The notes under the pieces are model-generated. The model had not been told where the DNA came from. It saw only the letters and a list, made by a program, of their open reading frames with translations, and did no database searches. A DNA stretch of 64,000 nucleotides, from contig NC_058368.1 of NCBI RefSeq assembly GCF_018350175.1, forward strand, positions 152,398,001-152,462,000. The letters are read 5' to 3'. This stretch comes from Felis catus. Taxonomy: Eukaryota. The position numbers and the translations under genes are program-made. This document shows, one piece after another, positions 63,121 to 64,000 of the stretch (position 1 is the first letter of the stretch; every line of letters begins with the position of its first letter).

Positions 63121-64000
63121 AAACTGACAAATCAAAAAATAATGATAAAAGCTGTTATTTCGATATATGGAAGCAAATATTTTTTTTAAATCAGCTAACA
63201 GTAATTTAACGCAGTTGCGTCTGGAGAGAAGGAATTTGTAGAGAAGAGAAATAAAACAGGAGCCAGCTATTTTTTATGAGTCTTAAAGTATTGTTTGATT
63301 TCTTAAGCATACGTAAGTATGACTTTAAAAAAAATACATTAAGATAAAAAGGATAAAGAAAATAAAATGACTGGTGTATGGTAGGTATTCCATAAATGTT
63401 TATTATATAAATTGTAAGACATCAGGGAGTATGGTAAAACGTAAGTCATCGACAATTTGTTGAGCTCAGGATCCTTCCAGAGGAGTGAAGCATTGCCTGA
63501 AATTCTGCCCTGAGTGCATCTTCTGCCTGAGAGTGTCTTCTCCCTTCCCCACCACCCCCCTCCCCGCATTTGCTGGAGTCTCTTGATAACTATTCAGCAG
63601 GACTGTCCCGCCTCAGAGAAGAGAAAGCAGCTGCCTACACAAAGCTAGTTGATAACACTGAATTGTCACATGCCTGTAAACGAATAATATGAACTTCCTG
63701 AGGCCTCGATTTTTCAGTTCTTCCAAGCTCATAGAGTCTGGCTACTAACCGAATAGTAAGGTCAATTGGCTTTCTTCCTTGGATTATTAAACTTAGAGAA
63801 ACTTCAAGCCCTGATTAGATCCAGATTGTGGTGGCAGGCAAGAAATCGCCTATGTTAAAAAGCTGGAATAGTTTATCCCTCCCCCTACCCCCACCAAACA
63901 ACAACAGCAACAACAACAGTATAAAACTCACATTCCACCTCCAATCAAGTCTGCTTAGGTGGCCATGTATCTGAGAAATGATATTTATAGTGAGGCTATT

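Larger units (their letters stand above)
60330..63300 (+). mobile_element. Old L1M fragments (5'UTR/ORF1-like and 3' pieces)
   Basis: ttagacaagcaaaagaaaggattaatgaattagaaaatag and caaaaatcaccaggcatgcaagaaag are typical of the L1 ORF1 region. Confidence 0.65.
18..63849 (-). pseudogene. Candidate decayed multi-exon protein-coding gene (unidentified), probably extending beyond both window ends
   Basis: About 20 non-repeat blocks on the minus strand with pyrimidine+AG acceptors and mostly GT donors. Several neighbours are phase-compatible and read as protein-like sequence interrupted by TGA/TAA stops and short frameshifts. Confidence 0.65.

Noticed and set aside
18..63849. Naming the pseudogene (considered ADCY10-like, GCKR, NWD1/TTC41-like, CCDC162, vitellogenin)
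   Set aside because: The reconstructed peptides do not match what I recall of these proteins, so no symbol is assigned.

Overview
AT-rich mammalian genomic DNA, almost certainly from a felid: it carries about 28 Can-SINE/SINEC copies, five of them near-identical young feline-type copies, plus a feline-type L1 tail. I recognise no intact protein-coding gene, and most ORFs in the track come from SINEs, LINEs or microsatellites. The main non-repeat signal is a series of about 20 exon-like blocks on the minus strand, running from about 63.8 kb down to about 0.3 kb. Most have AG/GT boundaries. Six consecutive blocks (23845 to 15021) splice in compatible phase into about 298 codons with only three in-frame stops; other blocks carry more stops and frameshifts. 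This looks like a large decayed (candidate unitary) pseudogene that I cannot name. Its reconstructed peptide has motifs loosely resembling a STAND/Crinkler-RHS-type NTPase followed by a PD-(D/E)xK-like motif, which is inference only. The introns hold an RTE-X (L4-like) remnant, a CR1/L3 remnant, a Tc1/mariner transposase remnant, LTRs nested in a MIR, L1/L2/MIR fragments and MITEs. Exon boundaries were read by eye, repeat boundaries are approximate, and repeat family names are from recall rather than a database search.
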